From NCBI GenBank assembly GCA_000388065.2, contig KB932201.1: a stretch of DNA of 35,590 nt. One strand, written 5' to 3'. A program made the translations under genes and the position numbers. This document shows, piece by piece, positions 32,703 to 35,590 of the stretch. The DNA comes from Fonticula alba ATCC 38817. Lineage: Eukaryota; Protista; Nucleariida. Position 1 is the first letter of the stretch. Each line of letters begins with the position of its first letter. The notes beneath the pieces are model-generated. The model did not search any database. It was not told the DNA's origin and was given only the letters and a program-made list of their open reading frames with translations.

Positions 32703-33008
32703 GTCGGGTCCCAGAGCACAGGCCTCGGGGGTCGGGGCCCGGGGGTCCGTGTGACCGGCCCCTTTTCCGCGGCTCCATCTTTGCCGGAGGCGGGGTGGGG
32801 GGGAAGAGGGGGCGGGCCTCGGTCCGACACACCCGCGCGCTCAGCCCGCCGGGCAGGTGGGCGCGCATGTGTGCGCATGGGGGGGGGGGATAGTTTCCCT
32901 CGGGTGGGCGGGCACGCATGAGCGCGCGATCCGCGCCTCCCCCCCCCCTCCCCCTCGCCCCTCCCGTGGGTAACACCTCCTCTGCGATTTGTCCCACGCG
33001 GTTGGGGG

Positions 33009-33016
33009 TATATAAG
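33009..33016 (+). promoter_or_regulatory. Putative TATA box (TATATAAG) upstream of TTD14
   Basis: Canonical TATAWAWR match about 260 nt upstream of ATG 33273, in otherwise very GC-rich DNA. Confidence 0.55.
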
Positions 33017-33272
33017 CGGCCAAGCCGGCGCCGCCCGGTGAAGAACCCTTGGTGCCTTTTTCCCGCCATCCCCGCCTGCCCATCCTCCCTCCCCCTTCGC
33101 CCCCCCTTTGTTGGCGCGTGTGTGTGTGTGTGTGTCCCTTCCCTGGGCCGCTCCTCCCGCCCTCCCCTTCCTCCTCCGTCCCACCATTCGCCTGCCCCTC
33201 CTCCGGCGGACGCCCCTGCTGCTGCTCTTCCTTTCCCTGCTGGCCCTGGCTCCCCTGCTCCTGAGTGCCACC

Positions 33273-35047
33273 ATGTTCGACGCCCATCCGATCATTCGTC
33301 CCCCACCTGTGGAGGTTGTCCAAGACTCCGAGAAGCAGAATGCCCCGGTCTTCCGTGTTGTCCTGACCGGCGGTGCGTGGCCCCCCGTGCCTCCCCTCGC
33401 CCTCGCCCTCGCCCTCGCCCTGGTGTTGGCTTCCTCATCTGCCCTCGGTGCTCCGATCGCGGCCTGCCCTCTGGCACAGATCTCCCCGACCTCCTCCATC
33501 TCCTCCCCCCTTTGCCCGCCCCTGACATGCCCTCCGTCCTTCTGCCGCTGCTTTGGCGTCGTCCCGGCCGGCGACAGGCCCCTGCGGCGGCAAGACCACC
33601 GCTCAGCAGCAGCTGATGGATACCTTCTCCTCGCTTGGCTGGAAGGTCTTCCGCGTGCCCGAGGCCGCCACCCTGCTGCTCGGCGGTGGTGTTGTCTTCA
33701 GCGAGTGCACCCCGGAGCAGAGTACGTGTCGAGCCCGCTTCCGAGAAGATGCCCTCCCCCCCCCCCCCTCCCCTGTGTGCGGTCCACATGGCATGTCTTC
33801 CCTTGCTGACCGATTGTTCCCCTCCCCCCCCCCCCCCCCCCGCTTGGCGGCCGCTCCCCTGCCGGGCCGGGCCCCATCATCCGTCCAGGCTTCATCTTCC
33901 AGGAGCAGCTCCTGCTGGCCATGCTGTCCATCGAGAATGTCTTCTTCGAGATGGCTCGCTCCAACTCCGAGCTCGGCATCAAGACCATTGTCCTGTGCGA
34001 TCGTGGAGCCATGGACGCCAGCGCATACATCAGCCGCGAGGACTGGCGCCGGATCCTCGAGCGCAATGGCCTTGACGAGGTGGAGCTTCGCGACGCGCGC
34101 TACGACGTCGTCGTGCATCTGGTCACCGCGGCCGACGGTGCCGAGGGCTACTACACGCTGGCCAACAATGCCGCCCGGTCGGAGGGGCTCTCCCTGGCCC
34201 GGGAGCTGGACAAGAAGTCCTGCAATGCCTGGGTCGGTCACCCGGTGCTGGATATCATCGACAACAGCACCCCCTTCACGCAGAAGATCGAGCGCGCCAC
34301 GGCCGCCGTGGCCAAGCGCCTGAACATCCCCGGGGTCCCGACCATCGACCAGCGCAAGTACAAGTTCCTGGTGGCCTCCCTGCCGGAGTCCTTCCCGGTG
34401 GAGCATCAGGACTTCCAGGTGGTCCACGATTATCTGATCTCGGATGGCACCACCGCGGCCGATGGCGACCGTATCCCGCAGCTGCGCATCCGTCGCCGCG
34501 GCCAGGGCAAGCTCTTCACCTATACCCTGACTCAGCGCGTGCGCCTGCCGGATGGCCAGCGCCTCGAGACTCGCCGGTCCATTGCCGCTCGTGAGTATGA
34601 GACTCTCTTGGCTCAGCGTGACACCACTCGCAACTCCATCGTCAAGCGCCGGATTTGCTTCATGAGCGACTCGCGGTACTACCACATCGGTATGAGGGCA
34701 TTCCTTTCGCGGCTTCCCCCCGCGCCCACGCCTTTCTCCCCCGCCCCCCGGTCTGCTGTCATCGGCGGCCCATGATGCTGACACACTGCTCGCCTGTCTC
34801 GCTTGCGCCCTGCCCTGCCCTGCCCTGCCCTGCCCCCCGTACAGATGTCTTCCAGGAGCCCCATGCCGGCCTCCTCCTTCTGGAGACCTACAGCCAGGGC
34901 CCGCCTGAGCTGCCCCCCTTCCTGGATGTCATCCGCGATGTCACCAATGACCCCGACTACAGCATGTTCAACCTGTCCCGCATCTCTCCCTCCCCTTGCG
35001 CCGAGGCCACCGTCTCCTCTTCGCCCTCCCTGGAGATCTACGAGTAG
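33273..35047 (+). CDS. TTD14: TTD14-like protein (TRPL translocation defect 14): N-terminal AAA_28-type P-loop NTPase fused to a CYTH-like domain. Exons 33273-33372, 33578-33721, 33889-34689, 34845-35047
   Basis: RVVLTGG|PCGGKTT (Walker A), GWKVFRVPEAAT, FQEQLL, CDRGAMDASAY, RDARYDVVVHLVTAADGAE, RSEG..ARELD..AWVGHP..DIIDNS, RKYKFLV, QDFQVVHDYL, LRIRRRGQ, KRRICF, LLLLETY, DVTNDPDYSMFNLS, all closely following Drosophila TTD14 motifs as I recall them. Confidence 0.9.
34807..34835. repeat. (GCCCT)x5 in the last TTD14 intron, just upstream of the acceptor
   Basis: Five exact pentamers plus GCCC. Confidence 0.9.
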
Positions 35048-35590
35048 CGCGGGGGTACACCTGTTGCGCCGTGCGCGCTGGGGCGCACATATAACAACAC
35101 ACATGCAAACATACACACCCCTGTGTCCCTCCCCGCGCATCCTCCCCCCCCCCCCCTCCCTGGCAAATAGCGGTGGCCGCGCGTAGAAGGAGGGGGGGGG
35201 CCAGGGGGGAGTAGCACACGTGCCCGAGCACCGACCCTTTCGGCGTGGCGCGAGCTCCATGCGCCCTGCGGCGCCGGCCCCACATGCCATTGTGCTCCCA
35301 ATCCCCCCCCCCCCCTGCTCGTGCCGCCGCCCTCCCTTCCCCTCCCCTGTATACCCCCCTGCTCTCGTGTAGACCCTCCCCCTATCTCCCCCTCTCCCTG
35401 TCTTTCCTCCCCCATCCCCACCAATGTACACTATTTCCCGTCCCCTCTCCCTCTTTGGAGACCATGTCCGGTGCCAATGCGCGGCTGCGCACATGCGCGC
35501 TTGTGTGTCTGTGATGGACTTCCATGGTGGCTGAGAGCCCCCTTCCCGCCGGGGGAGGGGGCAAGACACAGGCGATGTCGCGCCCTCCCC

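Noticed and set aside
1-35590. CRISPR arrays, transposons, tRNA/rRNA or prokaryotic operon/defence systems
   Set aside because: No spaced direct repeats, transposase or RT motifs, terminal inverted repeats or cloverleaf-like sequence seen; all coding sequence is spliced or eukaryotic-type. A tRNAscan/Infernal run would be needed to exclude ncRNAs formally.

Overview
GC-rich, intron-rich eukaryotic genomic DNA with no prokaryotic, phage, CRISPR or mobile-element signal. The style (poly-G/C tracts, Ala/Pro/Gly-expanded proteins, fungal/animal-like gene set) suggests a unicellular opisthokont such as Fonticula; this is a guess. I reconstructed 11 protein-coding genes by hand with reading-frame-consistent GT-AG introns: PRP16/DHX38 (5'-partial, +), an SNX13/14/25-Mdm1-type PXA-RGS-PX-PXC sorting nexin (-), RMND1/DUF155 (-), SF3A1/Prp21 (-), an intronless LisH orphan (+), EB1 (+), ARP4/ACTL6 (-), a 78-aa three-exon CENP-W missed by the ORF track (+), a Cys-rich type-I membrane protein (-), PIG-U (-) and a TTD14-like P-loop/CYTH protein (+). 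Seven N-gaps hide some sequence. Best leads: (1) none of the 35 inferred 5' splice sites has the usual +4 A (31 C, 4 T; +5 G in all; consensus GTGCGT), and the SF3A1 here lacks its U1-binding ubiquitin-like domain, hinting at rewired 5' splice-site recognition; (2) the LisH orphan has an NPAT/Mxc-like architecture including a similar C-terminal motif; (3) a hidden CENP-W lies head-to-head with ARP4 in a run of chromatin/mitosis genes. Family calls come from remembered motifs, not database searches. No RNA genes were identified.
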